Origin: a virus
Taxonomy: Duplodnaviria > Heunggongvirae > Uroviricota > Caudoviricetes
DNA length: 64,000 nt
Strand: one strand, 5' to 3'
IMG/VR virus record: IMGVR_UViG_3300042888_001115
Coordinates: 11,067-75,066 of that record
Below are positions 56,083 through 63,958 of the stretch, piece after piece. Below the pieces are notes generated by a model. The model was given only the letters and a program-made list of their open reading frames with translations. It made no database searches and was not told the origin of the DNA. Position 1 is the first letter of the stretch. Every line of letters starts with the position of its first letter. A program made the translations under genes and the position numbers.

Positions 56083-56407
56083 CTTTTAATCCTCTCTTTT
56101 TTATAAGTATATCCATAGATGCACTTTCGTTTTGTTTTATAATCGGTTTTAAACTATCATACAACCCATCCTTAAACACTTCATCCGTTCCCTTATCACT
56201 ATTTGCTACTGCCGTAGAAATGTGTGCAAATCGTTTTAATTTGTACGGAGAGAGTGGTACAATATGTTGTTTGAGACTTAGGGCTTTAGCATCCAGGTAC
56301 TCGAATAATTCCGAGTCGGTCATTTGTTTTAGTTCCTCGTCTGTCTTATTAAATTCCATACTCAAATATACTAATAAATAATGAATTAAAAAAATAAAGG
56401 GGAACAT
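56072..56407 (-). CDS. hypothetical protein with N-terminal TM
   Basis: 111-aa ORF. Confidence 0.4.
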   Translation of the reverse strand: MFPFIFLIHYLLVYLSMEFNKTDEELKQMTDSELFEYLDAKALSLKQHIVPLSPYKLKRFAHISTAVANSDKGTDEVFKDGLYDSLKPIIKQNESASMDILIKKRGLKDGI

Positions 56408-56418
56408 TTCTGCTCCCC
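56388..56418 (-). terminator. intrinsic terminator
   Basis: Gene-sense GGGGAGCAGAAATGTTCCCC hairpin + TTTATTTTTTT after the 56430 stop. Confidence 0.45.
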
Positions 56419-56429
56419 GTTTGTATGTT

Positions 56430-58277
56430 TTAAACTACATTTTGTGTAGATATATTCATTAATGGATTTTCCAAATCTAAATTATCAATTGTGTTAGTAC
56501 CACGTTTTGATTTAGATTTAATATGTCCTTTATGTTTAGTATTCCCAAATAATTCTGCTTTTCTCTTTGAAGCATTTCCAAATGATGGTAAAAACGATGT
56601 GTATGAAGGCATAGTAGTTGCATCAGTCCAATTAATGTCACTAAAGTAACCATCCTCTTGCTTATTTTCCATTTTAGAAATAAAAGCACTTTTCAAATTT
56701 TCATTAACTACATTAACAATTGTATCGTGTTTATCATGCCATCCGGTTACAAAACTATCTCCAATATGTTTGCGAAATGCTTTGTCTATATTATTCTTAT
56801 CATATTGTGATTCCTTACATTTTGTTTCAATTGATTTGAAGCTTTTCAAAAAGTTAGAATCATCCATTTCTTCTTTAGAGGTAAAATATCTTCGACTAGA
56901 TTGGTTTACCTTATCAAGTGTTTGTTTACCATCTTCTGTTTCCCAATAATATGTATTGATTGGATGCATTGGATTGTTATAATACTCACATATTGCAATA
57001 AAATCAGTAATAACGTTTTCTAAATTACTTAATTCTATCTTTGGTTTCCATATTCTACCAGACGAATCCATATATTGAAATACTTTAGTTATATAGTTAT
57101 ATAAAAATATAGATAAAATAAACATTGATGGTTTTGATATTATCGCAGTTAACGCTTCATTATTATTTTCGTTACTTCCAATTTTGTTAAAAACTTTAGC
57201 AACTTTTAATAAATCTGATTTCATACTCTTTAAATCCGATTCGCTTATTTCACAATCTTTGCTTAAGATAGATGATAACATTTGTTGTTCATTCTTAAAT
57301 CCAAATCTTTGTAATTGCTTTATATCATAATAACATGTATCTGCTATAACTGATATGAGATATTCAAATCCACCATCTTTCTTTTGAAACTTACCTGTTC
57401 CAAATTTTACTGGATTTGCTTTACCATATAACATCTCCAATATCCCACCTACTGAACTATCAGTTGTTTCTGATGCAATATTATCTCTAACAAAAATTGT
57501 AAATGGATTCTTTGTTAACTTAAACTTATGTAGAAATTCTGACCAACTAGTGGATGAATTACTATACCATATAAATTTGGCTATATCTTCAAATGAATCT
57601 GCTTCAGTAATTTCAATTATATTGATAGGGCATTCACTTAAATATTTTAAATATATATTCGTTGTTTCTTCAACTGAAAGTCCTTTGAATTCTTTAATTT
57701 GTTTTGAAGGATTTGTTGAGGTACATTTTGTTTCTAAATCTTTTAAAGATTCAAATTTTATTTCCTTATCATTAACTATAAATGGTGCAAATTGAATTTC
57801 AGCATTTGTTTTTGGTAATTTACCAGTCAAATCACTTATATATTGTGTCATTCTATGTTGCCCATTAACTGAAAAATATTTATCTTTAAATCTCTTTTCA
57901 GAAAAATAGTTAATATCATCTTTCAAATAAGCAATAGATGTATCATATATTGCCTTTTGCGATAATTCTGCATTTAATTTTGAAATTTCTTTAGTAGCTA
58001 ATTCACTTTTCAATACTTTGATAATTGTTTTCGCTGAAATATAATATACCGGCGATGATGTACCAAATCCATTGGTAGCCGCCGTAACCATATTTTTACG
58101 AACTGCTTTCTTTAGTTCTTTAATATATCTATTGATTCTAGTTGAATTAATAAATTTATCTTTATTTTCAAATATATATCTTAAATCACTACCCAATGCT
58201 TCAACTGCAATTCTTAATGATTTTTTGATTTCTATTTTCTTTTTTCCATTTGAAATGGTAAAAATTGTTTTTAACAT
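56430..58277 (-). CDS. DGQHR-domain (DndB/DpdB-like, ParB-fold) protein
   Basis: YFSVNGQHRMTQYI (DGQHR variant) about 140 aa from the N-terminus in a 615-aa protein; preceded by a promoter motif 25 nt upstream. Confidence 0.35.
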   Translation of the reverse strand: MLKTIFTISNGKKKIEIKKSLRIAVEALGSDLRYIFENKDKFINSTRINRYIKELKKAVRKNMVTAATNGFGTSSPVYYISAKTIIKVLKSELATKEISKLNAELSQKAIYDTSIAYLKDDINYFSEKRFKDKYFSVNGQHRMTQYISDLTGKLPKTNAEIQFAPFIVNDKEIKFESLKDLETKCTSTNPSKQIKEFKGLSVEETTNIYLKYLSECPINIIEITEADSFEDIAKFIWYSNSSTSWSEFLHKFKLTKNPFTIFVRDNIASETTDSSVGGILEMLYGKANPVKFGTGKFQKKDGGFEYLISVIADTCYYDIKQLQRFGFKNEQQMLSSILSKDCEISESDLKSMKSDLLKVAKVFNKIGSNENNNEALTAIISKPSMFILSIFLYNYITKVFQYMDSSGRIWKPKIELSNLENVITDFIAICEYYNNPMHPINTYYWETEDGKQTLDKVNQSSRRYFTSKEEMDDSNFLKSFKSIETKCKESQYDKNNIDKAFRKHIGDSFVTGWHDKHDTIVNVVNENLKSAFISKMENKQEDGYFSDINWTDATTMPSYTSFLPSFGNASKRKAELFGNTKHKGHIKSKSKRGTNTIDNLDLENPLMNISTQNVV

Positions 58278-58300
58278 ACTTTTAAATTTTAGTGTTTATT

Positions 58301-58312
58301 AAATATACGAAA
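58301..58312 (-). promoter_or_regulatory. promoter -7-like motif TTTCGTATATTTAATA
   Basis: About 25 nt upstream of ATG 58277. Confidence 0.4.
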
Positions 58313-58331
58313 TATAATTGGATTTACCAAA

Positions 58332-58934
58332 TTATATATTTTGTTCTTTGTATAATTTCATATACTTGTCACTCATTTTTTTGTAGTTCATTCTGAAATT
58401 AGGGGGCATTGCTTCATAGATAGCTTTATTACTATATGGTGCGTTGCCTGGTCTACTCCATCTCTTTGAGTATCTCATCCAATTATAAAACTGAATATAT
58501 GCATTTGCTTTCTTAATGTAATCGTTAAGGTCAATTGGTAGTTTCCATTTCTTAATTAACTTTACCGAGCGTTTCTCATTATCCAATTCTAAATCTCTAC
58601 TCCATTCTATTGCGTTTTTAATGCTACGAATTTTCTTGCCACCCAACCAATCGTCTAAATGGGTCACTCCGGTCGAACCGGTTTTCCATATGTTAGTGCT
58701 CTTATCTTGCCATTGTGTTAAGTGTGCATATTCATGTGTTAATATACCTAACCAATCTTTACTTTTACCCGCTACTACTAATCTCATAGTTTCCTCACAA
58801 AAGTAACCACTACATCTTATATTACCACTCAATACTAAATATTTTACAGGTCGTATTTGGCATCTAATCCCCACTTCCTTACAATGTCCTTTCACATGAT
58901 TAATGAAAGCTCTTACGTTTTTTGTTAATGCCAT
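58332..58934 (-). CDS. SprT-like HExxH zinc-metallopeptidase domain protein
   Basis: LGILTHEYAHLTQW with upstream Cys/His-rich segment. Confidence 0.45.
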   Translation of the reverse strand: MALTKNVRAFINHVKGHCKEVGIRCQIRPVKYLVLSGNIRCSGYFCEETMRLVVAGKSKDWLGILTHEYAHLTQWQDKSTNIWKTGSTGVTHLDDWLGGKKIRSIKNAIEWSRDLELDNEKRSVKLIKKWKLPIDLNDYIKKANAYIQFYNWMRYSKRWSRPGNAPYSNKAIYEAMPPNFRMNYKKMSDKYMKLYKEQNI

Positions 58935-58954
58935 TTTGTTTTATTATTAATTTA

Positions 58955-58987
58955 AAAAATAAAGGAGGGTACAAATTGTACCCCCCT
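58955..58987 (-). terminator. intrinsic terminator
   Basis: GGGTACAAATTGTACCC 7-bp palindrome followed in gene-sense by TTTATTTTTT, after the cobS-like stop. Confidence 0.5.
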
Positions 58988-59043
58988 TAGTTATTTAGGT
59001 ATAGTCGTTATGAGTATGTATAAAACTATACCCTCATAACATA

Positions 59044-60276
59044 TTACCAAACAATAGTATCGTCATTCGCATCTTCCTCTTTCACTTCGTTGAATAACTT
59101 TTCACCTTCATTCTCATCTACTACGAATTTTTGTATAAGTTGCTTAATGTAAGTACGCTCACTATCCATACCACCATCTTGTGAATAGAACGGGAAGATT
59201 GCTACCTCAGCTGCTTCTAACAAACTGAAACCATCATACAACAAACCTGCCATCTCTACTGAAATACGAGTTGATACAGCAGTTGTCAATTTACCCGCCT
59301 CACCTTTGATTTGGTCTCTAGTGTGTGCCGCAATCTCTGCTACTGATTTCAAATTGTAATCATTCGTATCAGGATATAACATCTTTAACAATTCATATTC
59401 CTGCTCAGCATTCAATACATCTACCTCAATTGTCACGAATCTATCTAACAATGCTCTATCCATTACACGCGTTGCAGTATATTCAGAACCGATGTTTGCA
59501 GTTGCAATAAAGGTAACACCTTCTGCCACCTTAACAATTGGTGAATTTTCTTGCTCATCTAATCGTAAGTATCTTTGTGTTTGGTCTAACACTGTCATTA
59601 GGATATTAGCGGCTTCTGGATGAGCTCTACTTAATTCATCTAATAACACAACTGCGTAAGGTGTCTTAATAGCTTTAACGAATGCACTCTCACTAAAATA
59701 AGTACCACTTGCTTTGTTAAAGTGTGTGTTACCAATTAATGCCGCCCTCGGGTCTTGCGTCGCACCTAAGTTAAAGTAATGAAACGGTCTTTTCAATGCC
59801 GCAACTAATGCTTTAGCTGCCATTGTCTTACCACTACCCGCAGGTCCTGTCATCATAATATTTCGCGCTCGAACCGCTGAACGTAATAAATATTTCCACT
59901 TCAACTCGTTCATAATTAAGTTAGCAGGTTTTAACGCCATACCCTCTTTATGAATGAAATCGATAACATCTTTATGCTCCGTTGGATTTTCTACGATAGT
60001 TTCAGCGATATCCGTATTCATCGGCTTAACCAACATATCCGTATATTCTTGCATTTCTACCATACGATAGCTTTTAGCTCCGTTTTTGTTTACATGCGCA
60101 CGAATTGCTTTATTTTGTGCTGATGCTTTTTTTCGTAAAGAACTACCTACTATTGTAGAATCTGAACTACTTAATACATCACCCGCAGTATTAACTAAGT
60201 TAAAACGGGATTTAAGATTTTCTACTTTGTACACTTCATTTGTGTAACCATACTCTTGTGTTGCTTTTTTACTCAT
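59044..60276 (-). CDS. cobS: MoxR/CobS-like AAA+ ATPase
   Basis: Walker A MMTGPAGSGKTM, Walker B VVLLDELSRAHPE, followed by a MoxR-type ANILMTVLDQ segment; 410 aa. Confidence 0.7.
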   Translation of the reverse strand: MSKKATQEYGYTNEVYKVENLKSRFNLVNTAGDVLSSSDSTIVGSSLRKKASAQNKAIRAHVNKNGAKSYRMVEMQEYTDMLVKPMNTDIAETIVENPTEHKDVIDFIHKEGMALKPANLIMNELKWKYLLRSAVRARNIMMTGPAGSGKTMAAKALVAALKRPFHYFNLGATQDPRAALIGNTHFNKASGTYFSESAFVKAIKTPYAVVLLDELSRAHPEAANILMTVLDQTQRYLRLDEQENSPIVKVAEGVTFIATANIGSEYTATRVMDRALLDRFVTIEVDVLNAEQEYELLKMLYPDTNDYNLKSVAEIAAHTRDQIKGEAGKLTTAVSTRISVEMAGLLYDGFSLLEAAEVAIFPFYSQDGGMDSERTYIKQLIQKFVVDENEGEKLFNEVKEEDANDDTIVW

Positions 60277-60322
60277 AACTGAATTTTTAATGTTTATTGT
60301 TTAATTATTGTTTGATATATCA

Positions 60323-60335
60323 TAAAGATACGAAA
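60323..60335 (-). promoter_or_regulatory. promoter -7-like motif TTTCGTATCTTTATGATAT
   Basis: About 50 nt upstream of the cobS-like ATG. Confidence 0.4.
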
Positions 60336-60418
60336 TTCTGCCCACACTACCAAAACTATTTATAACCTATTGAATATCAACACATTATACACATCCATTT
60401 AGGGTAATGTATAACACA

Positions 60419-60438
60419 TTGATAATCAATTAGTTAAG
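60419..60438 (-). promoter_or_regulatory. conserved 20-mer TTGATAATCAATTAGTTAAG
   Basis: About 85 nt upstream of the promoter motif. Confidence 0.45.
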
Positions 60439-60451
60439 TTTTAGTGTGTTT

Positions 60452-62596
60452 TTACGCTTTTTTCATAAAAAGCTCATTCATTGTTTTAATGATAGGAACG
60501 ATTTGTTTAACATCAATAAAACGGCTGTCACTTCCGTACATTGTTTTAAAGTTGTCAGATGAACTACTATATGAACTGCCACCAACAAAGTAACTCATAA
60601 CTTGTATACCCATATCTTTGATTTGTCCTACCATTTTCTTAGTGTGTAACAAAGCGTTTCTACCACTATAAGAACATTGTTGATTTGAGAATGTTGGCTC
60701 ACCATCACATATGTTTAAGAAATAAGAATCCATATCTTTGTTGCTCTCTACAAAATGTTTAAGTATCGCTTGATAACATAAACCTTCAGGTGTTGTACCA
60801 TTGGCGTGTAATGCAGGAAACAATCTCTTAACTTTCTCAAACTTATCAAATCTACTATCATACGCAATACATATGTAAGGTTTATCACCCCACGTACCTC
60901 TGATAGAAACTTGTACATTTAAGTTACTTACCATTGATGCTGCTTTACAAATAGCAATTGTTACGGCTAATGTATCATCCCACACACTACCACTCATTGA
61001 ACCACTACCATCAATAGTAACGTGCAACATTACTTTCTTAAACCTATCTACTTCTTTGGTACTGAATACATTTACATAATCATATCCTAATGCTGCTACC
61101 ATTCTCTTATCAATTCTACCATTCTTTTGGCGTGGATTGATTGTTTCTCTTTCCTCACTACGAACTGCAATACGCTTACCTAAGATTGTACCCATTACGA
61201 TACCTCTTTGTAAAGTATCAGCATTCCAGTTATTCCATTTATCATTCCAAAAACTAGCGAAAGGGAACGAACTATCTTGCATCAATCCTTCGGTCATTTT
61301 CTTAGATACGATACATTGAACCGGTTGAATATATCCACCATTCTCTAATTTAGTATCACCTACGGATTGCATTTCAGTTCCACTCTCAGCCATTTGGTCT
61401 AAGGTTTCATCCTCTTTCTTAGTTAATCCTTTCTTTTTGATATTGTTATTAACGAAGTCCTTTTGCTTTTGGATTTGTTTATCCAATTGTTTCTTAGCAG
61501 TATCACTCATTAAATCTTTACCATTACCAGTTTGTGAAGCACCACTCGTAGAGTCACCTTTCTCACCCATCACAGGTGCATCACCACCACTACCACCCAT
61601 TTCATCGTTTTGTTTATCACCTGCCTCTGCTCCAGTTTCATTACCTGCTTCGTTTACATCTGCAGGGTCACCATTACCCTTACCTTTACCATCTTTACTT
61701 AAATCAACTAAGATATGTTGTAAGATAGTGTTGGTAATCTTTTCTGCTACCTCTAATGAATCGGTTGTATTTTTTAATCTACTAATATTCTTAAGGTCTA
61801 ATGTTTCGTAGATTTCTTTCAAACCTTTCAATTTGTTAAGGTCAGTATTTTGATTTGTGATATTGATAATACGGAACATATACGATTGTAATGTTTCATC
61901 CGTATATTCATCACTTATCAATCCTTTGTCAATAGTCTTATCATAGAAATACTCATCATACAATGCTCTATAATAGTCTCTATAACCTGGACAAGTATTG
62001 TAGATATATTGGTCAATCCTTCTATCCTCTACAAAGTTTACCAATGATTTAACTACATCAAATAATTGTTCTTTGTTTCGATAATGTTGTGTACCATCAA
62101 AAGAAGGGTCATTTACATCTAAACCCGCTGCTTTTGCAAAGTTATTAAACATTTCGGTTGGTGCAGAATAAGCAGGCATTAATTCAAAGTCCGTAAGAAC
62201 AATGTGTGATGCTTCGTGCAATGCCAAACCTACCGCGATATCAAACTTTTCAGGTTTAACCTCAGCTGATAATACTACCGATTTACCATCAGTATAAGAA
62301 TCACCTTTACGCGAAAACTTTACAGGAATGTTTTTGTTTGTAAGAATGTTCACAAAGTTAGCAATTGCTCTCCTATGTGCATTCAACTTAATAAGGTCAG
62401 CAGTACTGCTTTCTACCTTATTGTACTCTTTTGGTTTCCAAGTATCACCACCCCAATATGTAGTAGGTGTGTCATAGGAACTCCATTCATCAGCCCAAAA
62501 TGAACTCGCTGATTTTTTCTCTTTCTTTTTACTAGTGTACGAACCTTTAGTTAAATAATCTAAAGTACCCGTCTTAAAACTGTCATACCAACTCAT
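60452..62596 (-). CDS. cobT: CobT-like protein with C-terminal VWA domain
   Basis: VTIDGSGSMSG MIDAS (DxSxS), central acidic/Gly-rich linker, 714 aa, adjacent to the AAA+ partner. Confidence 0.6.
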   Translation of the reverse strand: MSWYDSFKTGTLDYLTKGSYTSKKKEKKSASSFWADEWSSYDTPTTYWGGDTWKPKEYNKVESSTADLIKLNAHRRAIANFVNILTNKNIPVKFSRKGDSYTDGKSVVLSAEVKPEKFDIAVGLALHEASHIVLTDFELMPAYSAPTEMFNNFAKAAGLDVNDPSFDGTQHYRNKEQLFDVVKSLVNFVEDRRIDQYIYNTCPGYRDYYRALYDEYFYDKTIDKGLISDEYTDETLQSYMFRIINITNQNTDLNKLKGLKEIYETLDLKNISRLKNTTDSLEVAEKITNTILQHILVDLSKDGKGKGNGDPADVNEAGNETGAEAGDKQNDEMGGSGGDAPVMGEKGDSTSGASQTGNGKDLMSDTAKKQLDKQIQKQKDFVNNNIKKKGLTKKEDETLDQMAESGTEMQSVGDTKLENGGYIQPVQCIVSKKMTEGLMQDSSFPFASFWNDKWNNWNADTLQRGIVMGTILGKRIAVRSEERETINPRQKNGRIDKRMVAALGYDYVNVFSTKEVDRFKKVMLHVTIDGSGSMSGSVWDDTLAVTIAICKAASMVSNLNVQVSIRGTWGDKPYICIAYDSRFDKFEKVKRLFPALHANGTTPEGLCYQAILKHFVESNKDMDSYFLNICDGEPTFSNQQCSYSGRNALLHTKKMVGQIKDMGIQVMSYFVGGSSYSSSSDNFKTMYGSDSRFIDVKQIVPIIKTMNELFMKKA

Positions 62597-62632
62597 ACTC
62601 TTTAAGTTTATATGTGAATAAATATTGTTAGA

Positions 62633-62678
62633 AGATAGTAGGGGAATCGAACCCCTACCATGTTTCCAAAACTATCTT
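62633..62678 (-). ncRNA. tRNA-like minihelix (T-arm + acceptor stem, no D or anticodon arms)
   Basis: Minus-strand AGATAGT-TT-TGGAAACATGG-T-AGGGG-TTCGATT-CCCCT-ACTATCT: canonical T-loop TTCGATT in a 5-bp GC stem, flanked by a perfect 7-bp acceptor-like stem; no full cloverleaf could be folded. Confidence 0.3.
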
Positions 62679-62915
62679 AGTTTATCTGCGAATTAAGCAG
62701 AAATCTTAGCTCTACTAGCTAATTGTTGTAATCTTTGAGAATAGTACAACGCTCTACTTGTGTAGTAAGTACGCTTTTGCTCACTACTTGTAGTGTTTGC
62801 ATTTGTTAAAGCTTCTGTCAATTGATTCGTGATAAATTCGAACTTTGATTTTAAAGTAACCATTTTGTGTTTTCCAGTTTTTTATGTGGTGGCTCCACGT
62901 TTATTAAAAAAATCT

Positions 62916-63185
62916 TTAATTGCTTTTCATACCTTTACATACCCCATATCCTTGTCTTTGTGATAATCTATATAATCGTGCAGCATCTGCAGCAGGCATA
63001 ATTTGTATTTCGTTACCCGTCTTATGATTTGCTATTGCAACCCCACCAACTTTTTCTACCGAACTACAATTGATACAATTTCGATATCCGTATTTTTCAT
63101 ATCTAAGTTGCGGCATATCGTTTTTACATTTAATACATTTAATCATTAATAACTTACCCATAATTATTATTGTTTGATGAAACAT
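62916..63185 (-). CDS. C4 zinc-finger small protein (possible DksA/TraR-type); start uncertain
   Basis: CIKCKN...CINCSS; the track's N-terminal YRIFM is encoded by the promoter motif, so the start is at 63185 or 63161. Confidence 0.4.
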   Translation of the reverse strand: MFHQTIIIMGKLLMIKCIKCKNDMPQLRYEKYGYRNCINCSSVEKVGGVAIANHKTGNEIQIMPAADAARLYRLSQRQGYGVCKGMKSN

Positions 63186-63195
63186 AAAGATACGA
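63185..63195 (-). promoter_or_regulatory. promoter -7-like motif TTATCGTATCTTTATG
   Basis: Consensus motif. Confidence 0.4.
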
Positions 63196-63293
63196 TAAAT
63201 ATCTGAAACCGCCAAACATTTTGGAAAGTATTTTGTAAGGTACTGATATTCAGTTAGTTACACATTAGCGTTTATTCTAATATAGATAAGTCA

Positions 63294-63313
63294 TTGATTA
63301 TCAATTAGTTAGG
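63294..63313 (-). promoter_or_regulatory. conserved 20-mer TTGATTATCAATTAGTTAGG
   Basis: About 100 nt upstream of the promoter motif. Confidence 0.45.
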
Positions 63314-63746
63314 TAAATTGGTGTATTTCGTTGTATCTATTCAATATAGACCTAATGTTTTCAGCACCTACCGGATTTGCTGAATGTATTAAATATGTAG
63401 GCATTGGTAAACCATTTTCACTACAATATTCAATTAACCATTTTGCACAATCATATCCCGTTTTTTCTTTGAAATCTGCTTTTAATGGGTCAGGTGGATT
63501 TTCTCTACCACCATTATCAAAATAGTAGTTTATATGTTCCTCACCTAAATCGTGGTCAAACGATACAATATTAGGGAGGCCATTAAGTGCGATTGTTCCT
63601 ATAAATTCACCATAAGACCTAACTACTTTCCATTTTAAATCTTTATACCTACTATCACCACTTTTTTTAAAGGATGCTTTAGGTTCTCTAATATCATCTA
63701 AATATAAATTGTAACTCTCTTGCATATCACGTTTCCATTTAATCAT
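63309..63746 (-). CDS. hypothetical protein
   Basis: 145-aa ORF. Confidence 0.45.
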   Translation of the reverse strand: MIKWKRDMQESYNLYLDDIREPKASFKKSGDSRYKDLKWKVVRSYGEFIGTIALNGLPNIVSFDHDLGEEHINYYFDNGGRENPPDPLKADFKEKTGYDCAKWLIEYCSENGLPMPTYLIHSANPVGAENIRSILNRYNEIHQFT

Positions 63747-63760
63747 TGGTTACCCCCATA

Positions 63761-63790
63761 AATAAAAAAGGGGATAATTTCTTATCCCCT
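63761..63790 (-). terminator. intrinsic terminator (possibly bidirectional)
   Basis: GGGGATAATTTCTTATCCCC perfect 8-bp stem flanked by an A-run on one side and a T-run on the other. Confidence 0.5.
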
Positions 63791-63799
63791 TTATATAAA

Positions 63800-63958
63800 T
63801 TACTTAGTAGTAATTGTAGAATCTACTTTTGTAGAATCCGTAACTACTGATGTTGAATCGGTTTGAACTGACGTTGAATCCGTTTTCACTTCTGTTGTTG
63901 TTGCTCCACCACATGCTGTTAAAGATGCGATAGCAACAATTGCTAACATTTTTTTCAT
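63800..63958 (-). CDS. small lipoprotein with TDSTSV heptad-like repeats (52 aa)
   Basis: MKKMLAIVAIASLTACGG lipobox, then repeated TDSTSVQ/TDSTSVV/TDSTKV; ATG ORF not in the track. Confidence 0.4.
   Translation of the reverse strand: MKKMLAIVAIASLTACGGATTTEVKTDSTSVQTDSTSVVTDSTKVDSTITTK

Noticed and set aside
62600-62760. Full-length tRNA gene
   Set aside because: A perfect T-arm and acceptor stem are present. However, no D-arm or anticodon-arm combination could be fitted: the candidate anticodon hairpin TCTGC-TTAATTC-GCAGA leaves a 28-nt variable region and no D-stem. Reported only as a tRNA-like minihelix.
30122-63190. Poxvirus-style late promoter (TAAATG) reading of the ...TTTATG / ...AAGTATATG junctions
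   Set aside because: The conserved portion extends about 15 nt upstream (TTCGTATCTTTA) and matches the bacterial (Bacteroidota) -7 architecture with an upstream TTG. The ATG proximity is better explained by leaderless transcripts.
26303-63215. N-terminal segments of track ORFs 26303-26527, 29892-30158 and 62916-63215 containing RIFKY/RIFM
   Set aside because: These residues are the in-frame translation of the conserved promoter motif TTTCGTATCTTTA(A/T)G. The real start codons lie just downstream, so the extensions are ORF-calling artefacts, not a shared peptide motif.
477-63525. All plus-strand ORFs in the track (e.g. 3172-3417, 10186-10530, 14298-14684, 18096-18467, 31367-31741, 61437-61811)
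   Set aside because: Each lies wholly inside a longer minus-strand ORF. They have low-complexity or hydrophobic shadow composition, no promoter motif or start context, and no adjacency logic. Treated as antisense artefacts of AT-rich coding DNA.
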